This document shows, one piece after another, positions 36,060 to 46,425 of a stretch of 64,000 nucleotides of DNA (positions within the stretch are counted from its first letter, which is position 1; every line of letters starts with the position of its first letter). The DNA is from an uncultured Eubacteriales bacterium (GTDB lineage: Bacteria > Actinomycetota > Coriobacteriia > Anaerosomatales > PHET01). Position numbers and translations under genes: made by a program. The DNA is taken from NCBI GenBank assembly GCA_964607705.1, contig CAZSLI010000004.1, forward strand, positions 15,750 to 79,749. Direction: 5' to 3'. The notes beneath the pieces were generated by a model. That model made no database searches and was not told the DNA's origin. It was given only the letters and a program-made list of their open reading frames with translations.

Positions 36060-37616
36060 CTAGCTGTCGAGCCGACTCTTGAGCACGTCGTTGACCACCT
36101 GCGGATTAGCCTGACCGCCCATTTCGCGCATGACTTGGCCGACGAAGAAGCCGATGAGGCCGGTCTTGCCGCCGCGGTACGCATCGACCTGGCCGGGATT
36201 CGCGCCGAGGACGCGGTCCACGACGGCCTCGATAGCACCGGAGTCGGAAACCTGCTTCATGCCCTTGAGCTCGACGATCGCGCCGGGAGCATCGCCCGTG
36301 GCAGCCATCTCCGCGAACACGTCCTTGGCCTGCTTGCTCGATATGACACCGTCATCGACCAATTCGACGAGCTCGGCCACCATGCTCGGCACGATCTTGG
36401 AGTCGACGACCGAGATACCCTCGGTATTCAGGTGTGCCGACAGGTCGTTGAGCATGACGTTACTGATCGCCTTGGCGCGTTCCACGCCCGCCAGCGTCAC
36501 GGCTGCCTCGTAGAACTCGATCATGTCGAGGTCGCCGGCAAGCACCGTGGCGTCGTGCGCGGGCAGGCCGAAGTCGCTCATGAACCGGCGCCGCGTGGCG
36601 TCCGGCAGCTCCGGCAGGCGCTCGCGGACCGAGTCGATGAACTCCTCGGAGAACTCGAACGGGACCATGTCGGGCTCGGGGAAGTACCGATAGTCGTGAG
36701 CCTCTTCCTTGCTGCGCAAGGTACTCGTTCGCTTTGCCCCGGCGTCCCAGTGCCGGGTCTCCTGGACCACGTGCCCGCCCGACTCCAGCAGCTCGGCCTG
36801 CCTTACGATCTCGTGCGCGACGCCATCGTGGAGCGACTTGAACGAGTTCATGTTCTTGATCTCGGCTTTGACGCCCAGCTCGGTCTCGCCGCGTCGGCGG
36901 ACGCTCACGTTCGCGTCGACGCGCATCGAGCCCTCCTCCATGTTGCAGTCGGAGATGCCCAGCGAGAGCCAGATGAGTCGGAGCTTCTGCGCGAAGCGGC
37001 GCGCCTCCTCGGGGGTGCGGATATCGGGCTCGGTGACCAGCTCGATCAGCGGCGTGCCCGCCCGGTTGAAGTCCACCAGCGAGTGGGTGGCGCCAGCGAT
37101 GCGGCCCTCGCTCCCGCCGACGTGGATCATCTTGCCGGTGTCCTCTTCGAGGTGGATGCGCGTGATACCGATGCGCGCGGCGTAGCCGCCATCCTCGGCG
37201 ATCGTGACGTTGGCTGCCGAGGACCGGTCCACGCGCTGCGGGCTCCCGGCTTCCTCGACATCGACCTCGACGAACCCGTCGGCGCAGAACGGCAGGTCAT
37301 ACTGCGAGATCTGGTAGTCCTTGGGCATGTCGGGATAGAAGTACTGCTTGCGATGGAACTGGCTCCAGCGGGCGATCTCGCAGTTGGTCGCGAGACCCGC
37401 GAGCACGGTCGACTCGACGGCGGCCTGGTTGGGCACCGGCAGTGCGCCGGGAAGGCCGAGGCATACCGGGCACACGCGGGTGTTGGGCTCACCGCCGAAC
37501 GCCACAGGACAGCCGCAGAACATCTTGCTGTTCATCGAGGTCAACTCGGTGTGGATCTCGAGACCGATCACGGCCTCCCAGTCCTCGAGTACCTCGAGCA
37601 GGCGGTCTTTCGCCAC
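36060..37616 (-). CDS. gatB: Asp-tRNA(Asn)/Glu-tRNA(Gln) amidotransferase subunit B
   Basis: VIGLEIH, CPVCLGLPG, YFYPDMPK.YQISQ, HLEEDTGK, DFNRAG, YRYFPEPD. Confidence 0.97.
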   Translation of the reverse strand: MAKDRLLEVLEDWEAVIGLEIHTELTSMNSKMFCGCPVAFGGEPNTRVCPVCLGLPGALPVPNQAAVESTVLAGLATNCEIARWSQFHRKQYFYPDMPKDYQISQYDLPFCADGFVEVDVEEAGSPQRVDRSSAANVTIAEDGGYAARIGITRIHLEEDTGKMIHVGGSEGRIAGATHSLVDFNRAGTPLIELVTEPDIRTPEEARRFAQKLRLIWLSLGISDCNMEEGSMRVDANVSVRRRGETELGVKAEIKNMNSFKSLHDGVAHEIVRQAELLESGGHVVQETRHWDAGAKRTSTLRSKEEAHDYRYFPEPDMVPFEFSEEFIDSVRERLPELPDATRRRFMSDFGLPAHDATVLAGDLDMIEFYEAAVTLAGVERAKAISNVMLNDLSAHLNTEGISVVDSKIVPSMVAELVELVDDGVISSKQAKDVFAEMAATGDAPGAIVELKGMKQVSDSGAIEAVVDRVLGANPGQVDAYRGGKTGLIGFFVGQVMREMGGQANPQVVNDVLKSRLDS

Positions 37617-37746
37617 GGATCGTGCTCCCATCGGGTATCGAACGCGGCAGCGTACGATCGCGCGGCCGCCAACAGGCTTGATAGGTACCGCACGATTCTA
37701 CCCGAGCCGCCCGCCCCGCGGGACTACGCGCTGCGTGACCGACCCG

Positions 37747-38748
37747 CTACGGCGCCGGAAGCGGGAATATCGCGTCGACGCCACTCACGCTCTGTCCGTC
37801 GCCCGCCAGCACCACCGGCGTCGCGCTGTCTGCCGAGGAGACGTAGCGCCAGTACTGGGCGCCCGTATGCCAGCTGAAGAGCTTGACCCGATAGGTGCCC
37901 AGTTCGAGGTCGGGTGAAGTGTAGGTTCCGTCGCTCGCCGTCCACACCATGGCGACGTAGTCGCTCGGCCAACTGAGATCGTCGTTCTGCTTGTAGAAGT
38001 AGACGGTGCCGGCAAGCCCCCAGGCTCCTCCGCCTCCGAAGATCGTGCCACTGATGGTTCCGACGAGCGGGGGTGCCGGCTCGCTGGGCTGAAGCGCGAC
38101 ATCCACGCCCGAGAGCGCCTCACCGCGCGAGATACTGAATGCCGTGGGCACTTCTCCGCCGATGAACGCGGACACGTAGCCTGGTGCCGATCCGCGGAGG
38201 GCATAGCTCCCCGTCACCAGCGACGAGGTGGTGAAGGCGCCGTCCGGAGCTTCTACCGTCATCGACGGCACTGTCTCCCAGCCGCCTGCCGCCGCCCGGT
38301 AGAGCTCCACTCGTGCGCCGCTCAACGGAGCCCCTGCAACATCGACGACCCGGCCCGACAGAGCCCCGTAGCAGGTGAGCGCGACGGGAAGCGAGTACTC
38401 GCCCTTAAGAGTGTAGGTGCGGTCCACGGAGAGCCCGTCCGCGCTGGCAGCGCTGACGGCGAAACGGTAGGTCCCCAGCCTTCCCGAGAACGTCCACGTG
38501 CCGGACGCGTTCGTCACACCGGAGCCTGCAGGCTGCCACGTGCCGTCCTTGGCCCGCGCGGACACCGTGACCTGCGCGCCTGAGATGAGCTCGCCCGTGC
38601 CGGCATCGGTCGCCGACACCACGACCAGCACCTGAGCAGACGCCTGCGGAGCAGGCTTACGCGGTGCTGCCGGGGCCGATGCCGGCGACATGGCCACGAG
38701 CGCCATGCAAAGCACCAGCGCATACAAAGATCTGCGCTTCATCTTCAT
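37747..38748 (-). CDS. Secreted protein with carboxypeptidase-regulatory-like (prealbumin-fold) repeats
   Basis: Signal peptide; three beta-sandwich repeats (G.V.D..G..LSGA.V, G.Y.L..SAPGY). Confidence 0.75.
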   Translation of the reverse strand: MKMKRRSLYALVLCMALVAMSPASAPAAPRKPAPQASAQVLVVVSATDAGTGELISGAQVTVSARAKDGTWQPAGSGVTNASGTWTFSGRLGTYRFAVSAASADGLSVDRTYTLKGEYSLPVALTCYGALSGRVVDVAGAPLSGARVELYRAAAGGWETVPSMTVEAPDGAFTTSSLVTGSYALRGSAPGYVSAFIGGEVPTAFSISRGEALSGVDVALQPSEPAPPLVGTISGTIFGGGGAWGLAGTVYFYKQNDDLSWPSDYVAMVWTASDGTYTSPDLELGTYRVKLFSWHTGAQYWRYVSSADSATPVVLAGDGQSVSGVDAIFPLPAP

Positions 38749-38828
38749 CGCCTCCCGTGCGCCGAGGGCGATCGAGAGCCCTCCGGGATGAAGATACCCG
38801 CATCAAGATGCCGAGCCGCACTCCGCGG

Positions 38829-40421
38829 CTAGGGAGCCTTCGCCGCCAGCGCGAGGATCGGGAAGCGCAGCGGCCACTGAGTCCCGCCCAAGGGCCACTG
38901 CTGGAACACCTGGCCGGCCGGGTACTCGGCGGTCTTGACCTGGACGATGAACGGCGTGAAGCCTGCCGAGGACACTGCCTTGCTGGCCTCCTCTGACGGC
39001 TTGCCCACGATCGTGGGCGCCGCCGCGCGTGACAGGTTGCCTTTGGAGACGAGTAGGCCGACGACACCACCCTTGGCCGTCTTGCTGCCTGCCGGCGGCA
39101 TCTGGCTGGCTACCATGCCCTTCGCCACGCTCACGCTCGGCGCCTCGATCACCTGCGGCTTGAGACCCGCGTTCGTGAGCCGCTTCTCGGCCTCCGAGCG
39201 CGAAAGCCCCTTCACGTCGGGCACGCTCACGCTCGCCGTGCCAGGCCCCTGCGAGACGAGGTACTGCACCGCGGAACCATACGTCGCCGATGTGCCCGGC
39301 GCAGGAGACTGGGTCGCGACCGACCCAGCGGTGACACTCGCGCTGTAGGAGCGGTAGGCATTCCCTGAGAACCCTGCCGAGGACAGCGCGGCTACCGCCT
39401 CCGACTCGGTGAGGCCGGCGAGCCGCGGCACCGTTGCCTGCGACGGTGCGGGACCCTTGGAGACCGCGAGCGCGACCACCGCACCGGGCTGCAGCTGGGC
39501 TCCCATGGTGGGTAGCTGGCTCTCTACGAAACCAACGGCCACCGTGGAGCTGTAGGAGTCCACCCGGTACGCGGCCAGCCGGGCAGACGCAAGCAGCTCC
39601 ACCGCCTCCTCGTACTTGCGACCTGCGACGTTAGGGACCTTGGCCGACGTCGGCGCGGCGGCGAGGACGAAGGACACTGCGGAGCCGGGCTTCGACGTGC
39701 TGGACGCCGGCGGGACCTGGCTGATGACAGTACCTGCGGGTGCGGACTCGGTCGGCTCCTCGCTCACCTTGCCGAGACGCAGGCCAGCATCGTTGAGCGC
39801 CTGGGTAGCCTGCGCCGGGAGCTTGCCGACGACGTTCGGGACGGTGATGTCGCGGCCGACCTGATACCACCACAGGTAGCCCAGCGCCGCGAGGGCGATC
39901 AGTACACCGACGACAAGGCCGACCCACACCCAGACGTTCGAGCGGCCCTCGGGTCCGAGGTCGACACCCGGCACCGGCTCGAGCGCAAGCACGGCGGCTG
40001 AAGCGTCAGCGTCGGCTACCGAGGAGTCGGACGCGACAGGCGCGCCGTCACCCTCGGCGACAGAGGGTGCCTCGTCGTCGGTGTCGGTCAGCGACTCCTC
40101 GATGGCGGCGATCTCTGCAGTGTCTCCCATGGCGTGGGGCGCGTCTGAAGACTCTGGGGCGGCCGGCGTTGCGTCTGCCGGCATCGAGTCTGCAGGCGGC
40201 TGCTCAACAGGCGGCTCCCCGATTGGGGGTGCGCCGGTGTCGGGTTCGCTCACTGGTGGCTCGTCCGCGGGAGGCTCATCGACAGGTGGCTCGCCAGGAC
40301 CCGGGTCTGGGTCGGACGGCTCTTCGGTCACACGAGTGCCGGGCGACTCCTCGGCAGCCGATCCTTCGAGCGGCGATGCCGCACCCTCTGCAGCCAGTTC
40401 GTCTCGCGCCTCGTCGTCCAT
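38829..40421 (-). CDS. Kinase-less membrane protein with five PASTA domains
   Basis: Acidic disordered N-terminus with EPP repeats, one TM, five VP.V.G...A...L..AG repeats. Confidence 0.88.
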   Translation of the reverse strand: MDDEARDELAAEGAASPLEGSAAEESPGTRVTEEPSDPDPGPGEPPVDEPPADEPPVSEPDTGAPPIGEPPVEQPPADSMPADATPAAPESSDAPHAMGDTAEIAAIEESLTDTDDEAPSVAEGDGAPVASDSSVADADASAAVLALEPVPGVDLGPEGRSNVWVWVGLVVGVLIALAALGYLWWYQVGRDITVPNVVGKLPAQATQALNDAGLRLGKVSEEPTESAPAGTVISQVPPASSTSKPGSAVSFVLAAAPTSAKVPNVAGRKYEEAVELLASARLAAYRVDSYSSTVAVGFVESQLPTMGAQLQPGAVVALAVSKGPAPSQATVPRLAGLTESEAVAALSSAGFSGNAYRSYSASVTAGSVATQSPAPGTSATYGSAVQYLVSQGPGTASVSVPDVKGLSRSEAEKRLTNAGLKPQVIEAPSVSVAKGMVASQMPPAGSKTAKGGVVGLLVSKGNLSRAAAPTIVGKPSEEASKAVSSAGFTPFIVQVKTAEYPAGQVFQQWPLGGTQWPLRFPILALAAKAP

Positions 40422-40611
40422 TGGGTGCCCCTCCCGCTGCCCTCGGCCGGTGGATCTCCCTGATTCTACCGAAGCCGGGCAGCCTGCGTGTCCACTGCCC
40501 CGCCGAACGGCGCAGGAAGTAGCGACGCACGCGCGAAGCGAACATAAAGGATGACTAAACGGGTAGGTTCCAATGGGTGGACTGTCGAGTATTTCCAGTC
40601 AGGAGGCACAC

Positions 40612-40986
40612 ATGGCCGACGAGACCAAGCGCGACACGACTCCGGACGTCGCGGGACTGTTGGAGAACGTGATGCTCATGGGCATCGGAGCGCTCGAGGC
40701 AGCACGCGAAAAGGGCAGCGAGATCTCCGATGACCTCCTCGAACGCGGCCGGACCTCGAAGTCGGACGCCAAAGAGGTCGTTGGCAAGTTCAGCGAAGCC
40801 GCCGAGAAGCAGCAGGAAGTCATGCGCACCACGGTCGCGCGTGAGACCGACCGCGCCATGAAGACCGCGGGCGTCGCGACGAAGGAAGACATCGAGGAGC
40901 TCAGGGCCGAGATCGGTGAGATCAAGCGGCTCATTGCCGGCTTGGCCACCGTGCAGGGCAGCGGCACCGCGACTCCCACCGAGTAG
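40612..40986 (+). CDS. Phasin-like (PHA-granule-associated family) protein
   Basis: LLENVMLMGIGAL, DLLERG, GVATKEDIEELRAEI; AGGAGG RBS. Confidence 0.78.
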   Translation: MADETKRDTTPDVAGLLENVMLMGIGALEAAREKGSEISDDLLERGRTSKSDAKEVVGKFSEAAEKQQEVMRTTVARETDRAMKTAGVATKEDIEELRAEIGEIKRLIAGLATVQGSGTATPTE

Positions 40987-40999
40987 CGGGCCGGGATCG

Positions 41000-42652
41000 G
41001 TGCCCCCCTACAAGCACCTTCAGCGCTATCGCGAGATCGTCGGCGTCCTCGCCGATGAGGGGCTCGATAACGCGCTGGACGTGATGGGCCTTAGGCGGTT
41101 CGCGCCGATGAGGGGCCGCATATCGGCGGGCCGGGACAAACCCGAACCGGTGCCGGTGCGACTCCGCCACACGCTCGAGCGGCTGGGACCGGCTGCGATA
41201 AAGATCGGGCAGGCAGCATCCACGCGCTCCGACGTCATTCCCGAAGAGTACATAGACGAGCTGCGCAAGCTCCAGGACCAAGTCGCGCCCCTCGCCTACG
41301 ACGAAGTACGCCGCGTGGTCGAAGAAGAGCTGGGCGCGCCGATCGGCGAGCTGTTCGCAGACTTCGAGATAGTTCCACTCGCGTCTGCCTCGCTCGGTCA
41401 GGTCCACGCCGCGGTGCTACCCGACGGTACCGAGGTAGCGGTCAAGGTCCAACGCCCGGGCGTCCGCACAGTAGTCGACGTCGATCTCGACATAATGATC
41501 ACCCAGTCGCGGTTCGTGGCGAATCACTCGGAGATCGCTGATCACTACGACGTGGTGGAGATCGTGAGCGAGTTCGCCCGCGCGGTTCAGCAGGAGCTGG
41601 ACTACATCACCGAGGCACACAACGCCGAGAAACTGGCCCTGCTGTTCGAAGAGGATGACACGGTTCTCTTCCCGAAGGTGTACTGGGAGTTCACGACGTC
41701 GCGAGTCTTGACGCTCGAGCGCATCGTCGGCATCCCGATGAACCGTACGGAACTGCTTGATGCGGCCGGGTATGACCGAAACGAGCTGGCGAAGCGCGGG
41801 ATCTACTGCTACCTCTCGCAGATATTCTTCCACGGCTTCTTCCATGCCGACCCCCACCCCGGCAACCTGTTCGCCCTCGAAGACGGGCGCGTGGCGTTCA
41901 CCGATTTCGGGCGCGTCGGAACCATCTCGCAGGTGGGCCGTGACCAGCTCGCCGACCTCTTCTTGGCGATCATCGACAATGACGTCGGACTGGCGGTGGA
42001 CACGTTGGTCTCGGCGGCAGGCTCGCCGGGCGACATCGACGTCGCGGAACTCGAACGCGAGATATCCCGGCTCATCACCAAGTACTACAACAAGTCGCTG
42101 AACGAAGTACGCATCGGTGAGCTGATCAACGAGGTTCTCGCGCTGGTCCGCGACCACCACCTCATGATGTCGTCGGAGCTCGCGATGCTGCTCGCCACGC
42201 TGGTGGTACTCGAGGGTCTCGGCTCACAACTCGACCCCGACTTCGACTTCGTCTCGGTGACGGCCCCGTTCGCTCGCCGCATCATCGACGACCGACTGCG
42301 CCCCGAGGCGCTGCTGCGTAATCTGACCCAGTCAGCCCGGCGCTTCAGCCGCCTGCTCGTCGACCTGCCCGAGTCTGCCGCTCGCTTCATGAAGCGCGCC
42401 GGCCAAGGCGAATTCCGCGTGGCGATGCATCCTATCGGACTCGATCCGCTCATGAAGCGCTTCGAGGAGGCGACCAATCGCGTCGCTTTCGCGATGGTGG
42501 TCTCGGCGTTCGTCGTGGGCCTTTCGATGCTGCTGCGCGGCACACCGATCCCGGAGTGGTTCCTGTGGGCGGCGCGACTCGCGCTGGCCGCCGCTCTGGG
42601 GGTCGGAAGCTGGTTCTTCATCTCGGCGATGCTCGCACGGAACAAGCGCTAG
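41000..42652 (+). CDS. ABC1/AarF/UbiB family atypical kinase
   Basis: LGPAAIKIGQ, ASASLGQVH, VAVKVQRP, FFHADPHPGN, DFG; two C-terminal TM helices. Confidence 0.93.
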   Translation: MPPYKHLQRYREIVGVLADEGLDNALDVMGLRRFAPMRGRISAGRDKPEPVPVRLRHTLERLGPAAIKIGQAASTRSDVIPEEYIDELRKLQDQVAPLAYDEVRRVVEEELGAPIGELFADFEIVPLASASLGQVHAAVLPDGTEVAVKVQRPGVRTVVDVDLDIMITQSRFVANHSEIADHYDVVEIVSEFARAVQQELDYITEAHNAEKLALLFEEDDTVLFPKVYWEFTTSRVLTLERIVGIPMNRTELLDAAGYDRNELAKRGIYCYLSQIFFHGFFHADPHPGNLFALEDGRVAFTDFGRVGTISQVGRDQLADLFLAIIDNDVGLAVDTLVSAAGSPGDIDVAELEREISRLITKYYNKSLNEVRIGELINEVLALVRDHHLMMSSELAMLLATLVVLEGLGSQLDPDFDFVSVTAPFARRIIDDRLRPEALLRNLTQSARRFSRLLVDLPESAARFMKRAGQGEFRVAMHPIGLDPLMKRFEEATNRVAFAMVVSAFVVGLSMLLRGTPIPEWFLWAARLALAAALGVGSWFFISAMLARNKR

Positions 42653-42748
42653 AGAGCACCCGTGCACAGAGAGAGGCCGCCCTCTCGGACGGCCCCTCAG
42701 CGTAGCTCTGACTCGTTTGACTCGCTCAACCGGCCTCCCCTTCCGCAG

Positions 42749-43189
42749 TTACGCGTGAACCACCGGCCCACCGTGGCTGCTGCTCCGGTAGGTGTGCTCG
42801 TGTCCAAACGCCGTCCTGACGCTCGGAGCGAACAGATACGCGAGCACGACGGCCGCTATGATCGCGGCGACGACGAGGGTCGTCGAGAGTCCAGCGGTGA
42901 ACATCAAGATCAGGTTCGCGGCGAGCATGACGCCGTAAAGCACGACGCCAAGCGTCCACGACCACGACTTCAGCATCAACGCACCGATGCCGAAGACGAT
43001 GCCCAGCACGCTCAGGACGATCATCACCGTACCCGCCGTGACGCCGAGCCCACCTGCCAGCGACCCGACTCCCATTCCCGGTACGGCTAACGCCGTTATG
43101 CCGAGGAATGACAGGCCGCCAAACAACTGCACAAGTCCGCCGATAATGGCGAGGATGGCGAGAATGGTAACGCCGATCGGACGCTTCAT
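42749..43189 (-). CDS. Four-TM membrane protein
   Basis: MKRPIGVTILAILAIIGG start, AGGAGG RBS. Confidence 0.75.
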   Translation of the reverse strand: MKRPIGVTILAILAIIGGLVQLFGGLSFLGITALAVPGMGVGSLAGGLGVTAGTVMIVLSVLGIVFGIGALMLKSWSWTLGVVLYGVMLAANLILMFTAGLSTTLVVAAIIAAVVLAYLFAPSVRTAFGHEHTYRSSSHGGPVVHA

Positions 43190-43368
43190 CGTCGGCCTCC
43201 CTTCGTTTGGGCGCGGCCAATGCCGCGGCCAGCCCCTGTACTGCTTCTCACTACTTAAGGGATACCCCCATCGGTATTCCAGATAACGCCAAGCGACCTA
43301 TCCGTCCCACTCCTTCGGTGAACGGATGGAAGCGCTCGGAAGAGGTGTGACCAGCTCCGCAAAGAGGT

Positions 43369-43396
43369 AGCGGCCGCCGGGTACCCGGCGGCCGCT
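43369..43396. terminator. Perfect 28-bp palindrome, likely terminator after gatA
   Basis: AGCGGCCGCCGGGTACCCGGCGGCCGCT, 29 nt beyond the gatA stop. Confidence 0.65.
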
Positions 43397-43424
43397 GACG
43401 GCTTCTTGATGCAGGATCAGCGGT

Positions 43425-44924
43425 CTAGTAGAGCGCCTTCACCGTTGGGGGCGTGGTGTCGAATGCAAGTGCTTCCTCCAGCGCCGCAGCAGCCCGAAGC
43501 ACGGTCGCTTCGGCAAAGTGATTGCCGATGAGCTGCAATCCGACAGGCAGGCCGGTGCGCGCACCGAGGCCCCCGGGGATCGACAGACCCACGTTGCCGG
43601 CCAGGTTGACGGGTATGGTGAAGACGTCCGAGAGGTACATCGCCAGCGGATCGGCCGACTTCTCGCCTAGGTTAAAGGCGGTCGTCGGAGTCGTGGGCGT
43701 CACGAGGACGTCGTAGTCCTCGAATGCCGCTGCGAAGTCGCGCGCGATGACGGTGCGGGCCTTCTGCGCCTGACCGTAGTAGGCATCGTAATAGCCAGCC
43801 GACAGCGCATAGGTGCCGAGCATGATGCGGCGGATCGACTCGGGACCGAAGCCTTCAGCGCGCGAGCGGGCGTAGAGGTCGAGCACGTCCTCGGCGTCCG
43901 CGACTCTGTGGCCGTACCTGATCCCGTCGAAGCGCGCGAGATTTGAAGACGCTTCCGCCGGACCGACGATGTAGTAGGCCGACAAACCGTGGCGGGCGTT
44001 GGGCAGCTCGACTTCGCCGACCTCGGCACCCAGTTCCTCGAACATGCGGGCAGCGGCCAGCGTGGCGTCGCGAACCTCGGGGTCGAGGCCCTCGAGCTCG
44101 AGCATGTCCGAGACGAGGCCCACCCGCAGCCCCTTGACGCCGTCGCGCAGGCCGACAGCGAAGTCCTCGGCGGGGCGTGCGACGCTCGTGGCGTCCATCG
44201 GGTCCTTGCCGCAGATGGCGTTCAGCGCCAGCGCCGACTCCTCGACGGTCTTCGTGAACGGTCCGATCTGGTCGAGCGAGCTCGCGAACGCCACGCACCC
44301 GTACCGGGAGACGCGGCCGTAGGTCGGCTTCATCGCGACGACTCCGCACAGGGCGCCGGGCTGGCGGATAGAGCCGCCGGTGTCGCTACCCAGCGTGATG
44401 GCGGCCATCCCGGCGCTGACAGCGGCTGCCGAGCCACCGCTCGAGCCGCCGGGGACACGGTCGAGGTCCCAGGGATTGTGGGTGGGGCCGAACGCCGAGT
44501 TCTCGGTTGACGAGCCGAAAGCGAACTCGTCCATGTTGAGCTTGCCCACGGGAACGGCGCCGGCCTCCAGCATCCGCTGCACGGCGGTGCAGTTGTACAC
44601 GCTCTCGTAGTTCGAAAGGATCCTCGACGAGCACGTGGTCTTGGTGCCCAGGAGGTTCATGTTGTCCTTGAAGGCGACCGGCACGCCCGCCAGCTTGGGC
44701 AGCTCGTAGGGCGATGCGCCACTGCGGACCATGACGTCGACCCGGTCGGCCGCTTCGAACGCGAGCTCCGGCGTGGGTTGGTTGAACGCGTGTACCTGCT
44801 CATCCAACGCGTCGATGCGCGCGAAGGCCGCTTCTGCGACCTCCCGTGCCGAGAAGTCACCTCGGATGATGGCGTCGCGGATCTCGACAGCGGAGAGCGC
44901 AGACAGGTCGATGTGCCCACTCAC
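43425..44924 (-). CDS. gatA: Asp-tRNA(Asn)/Glu-tRNA(Gln) amidotransferase subunit A
   Basis: KDN, GKLNMDEFAFGSS, PGGSSGGS, GSDTGGSIRQP, RRIMLGT. Confidence 0.97.
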   Translation of the reverse strand: MSGHIDLSALSAVEIRDAIIRGDFSAREVAEAAFARIDALDEQVHAFNQPTPELAFEAADRVDVMVRSGASPYELPKLAGVPVAFKDNMNLLGTKTTCSSRILSNYESVYNCTAVQRMLEAGAVPVGKLNMDEFAFGSSTENSAFGPTHNPWDLDRVPGGSSGGSAAAVSAGMAAITLGSDTGGSIRQPGALCGVVAMKPTYGRVSRYGCVAFASSLDQIGPFTKTVEESALALNAICGKDPMDATSVARPAEDFAVGLRDGVKGLRVGLVSDMLELEGLDPEVRDATLAAARMFEELGAEVGEVELPNARHGLSAYYIVGPAEASSNLARFDGIRYGHRVADAEDVLDLYARSRAEGFGPESIRRIMLGTYALSAGYYDAYYGQAQKARTVIARDFAAAFEDYDVLVTPTTPTTAFNLGEKSADPLAMYLSDVFTIPVNLAGNVGLSIPGGLGARTGLPVGLQLIGNHFAEATVLRAAAALEEALAFDTTPPTVKALY

Positions 44925-45223
44925 GCGTCATCACCGCCGCCGACGATGCGCGGGATGCGGAACGCCCCGTTCTCGGCGTCCGGCGCGTTGAGCAGCGCGA
45001 GGTCGTGCGAAAGACCCGGGCATGCGACGTCCGGCCGTGTCTCATTGACCACCGGGATGGCGTGCGTCATGGGCTCGACGCCCTCGAGATCCAGCTGCTG
45101 GATGGTGTCTATGTGGCCGAGGATCGAGTTCAGCTCGTTTCTAAGCGTCTCGAGCTGGTCGTCGGTGAGCGCGAGCCGGGCGAGCATCGCCACGTGCCGC
45201 ACCTCCGCGTCGGACAGAGCCAT
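44921..45223 (-). CDS. gatC: Asp-tRNA(Asn)/Glu-tRNA(Gln) amidotransferase subunit C
   Basis: EVRHVAMLARL, LNSILGHI, NAP..G.F.IP. Confidence 0.95.
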   Translation of the reverse strand: MALSDAEVRHVAMLARLALTDDQLETLRNELNSILGHIDTIQQLDLEGVEPMTHAIPVVNETRPDVACPGLSHDLALLNAPDAENGAFRIPRIVGGGDDA

Positions 45224-45387
45224 GGGGATTCGTCCTCTCGCAAGGCTGATGTTGCAGTCCACACCGAACGGCGGGTTGCCGGTCCGAGGGACGCGTCACA
45301 TGATACCCGAGTGAATCGGCGCGCCGTGCGCCCGGAAGCACGAGGGAGGGTTCGTGCGGGCATCCTTCGGCAGGTTACGGACCGGGC

Positions 45388-46425
45388 CTACCGAGCCAGC
45401 CAGAACGCCGCCCCTACCACGATCCCGTTGTAAAGGGCGTGGAGCGCGATCGCGGGCCACAAGCTCCGACGCGATACCGCCAGCCAACCCAGTGCGCAGC
45501 CAAGGGCGAACATAGGCATGAAAGACCAGGGCGTCAGGTGGTAGAAACCGAAGAGCGCTGCCGAGACCACGATCGCTGCCCTGCGTCCCCACAGGCCCCT
45601 CGCAGCACCGGCGATCACACCCCTGAAGGCGAGTTCCTCGGCGAAGGGGCCGAGGGTCACCGCCATGAGCACCGCGAGCGAAAGTCCGGCGCTCCCGCTG
45701 CCGAAGACCTCGACCAGCGAGTCGGCCCCACTCGTCGGAGGCGCCCAGCCGATAGCCTGCGCCACCGCTCCCCACGCGGTGGACACCACCCTGGTGAGGA
45801 CGAGCAGGCCCACCACGAGCGCCGCGTCCGTCGCGACGCCGATCATCCCCCGCGGATCACGTTCGGCGGGGCGCAATCGGAAGGCCTCCGCGAACCGGAA
45901 TCCTCGGCGACGCGCAAGGAAGCCGAGGACCGCAAGCTGAGCGGAGTAGAAGACCAGCAGCACCACGCCGCGGACGACGACGTGGCTGGAGTCCGGCATG
46001 ACCTGCACGGGAGCGCTCTCGAGCACCGCCTGCTTCGCGAGAAGTGCCAGCAGCAGCACGAAGCCGACCACAGCACCGTCCATGGCGGACCATTGCGCGC
46101 CGCCCGTGGCGTCTGCGGCTCGAGACTCCCCACGAGCCTTGGCTGAAGCGGCCGCCTTGGCTGACGCGCGCAGCGCCTTGGCCTCGGCACGAGACCCGAC
46201 CAGCACTTTCGGGCCGTCAGCGTCCAAGACTCCTCCGCGGGGACCCGTCGCCTTCAGAATCGCCCCGCGACCGCATGCGGCGACGCACTCGAAGCAGCTG
46301 TCGCATTCGGCGGCATCCACGTGCACGTACCCGCCGCCGACGCGTACGAGCCCCCTGGAGCAGGCAGCGATGCACTTGCCGCAGCGGTCGCATCGCTCCG
46401 GCCGCAGGGCCAGGTGAGACGTCAT
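45388..46425 (-). CDS. 2x[4Fe-4S] ferredoxin domain fused to CPBP (CAAX type II) intramembrane metalloprotease
   Basis: CDRCGKCIAAC and CDSCFECVAAC, then FAEELAFRG, LFGFYH, HALYN. Confidence 0.85.
   Translation of the reverse strand: MTSHLALRPERCDRCGKCIAACSRGLVRVGGGYVHVDAAECDSCFECVAACGRGAILKATGPRGGVLDADGPKVLVGSRAEAKALRASAKAAASAKARGESRAADATGGAQWSAMDGAVVGFVLLLALLAKQAVLESAPVQVMPDSSHVVVRGVVLLVFYSAQLAVLGFLARRRGFRFAEAFRLRPAERDPRGMIGVATDAALVVGLLVLTRVVSTAWGAVAQAIGWAPPTSGADSLVEVFGSGSAGLSLAVLMAVTLGPFAEELAFRGVIAGAARGLWGRRAAIVVSAALFGFYHLTPWSFMPMFALGCALGWLAVSRRSLWPAIALHALYNGIVVGAAFWLAR

Noticed and set aside
43346-43361. Weak CRP-like sites TGTGA-N6-CCGCA (and TGTGA-N6-CGCGA near 23548)
   Set aside because: Two or more mismatches in the right half-site; expected by chance.
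45224-45310. GGCAACC in the gatC leader resembling a SAM-I riboswitch core or T-box
   Set aside because: Other conserved SAM-I and T-box elements are absent and the leader is too short.
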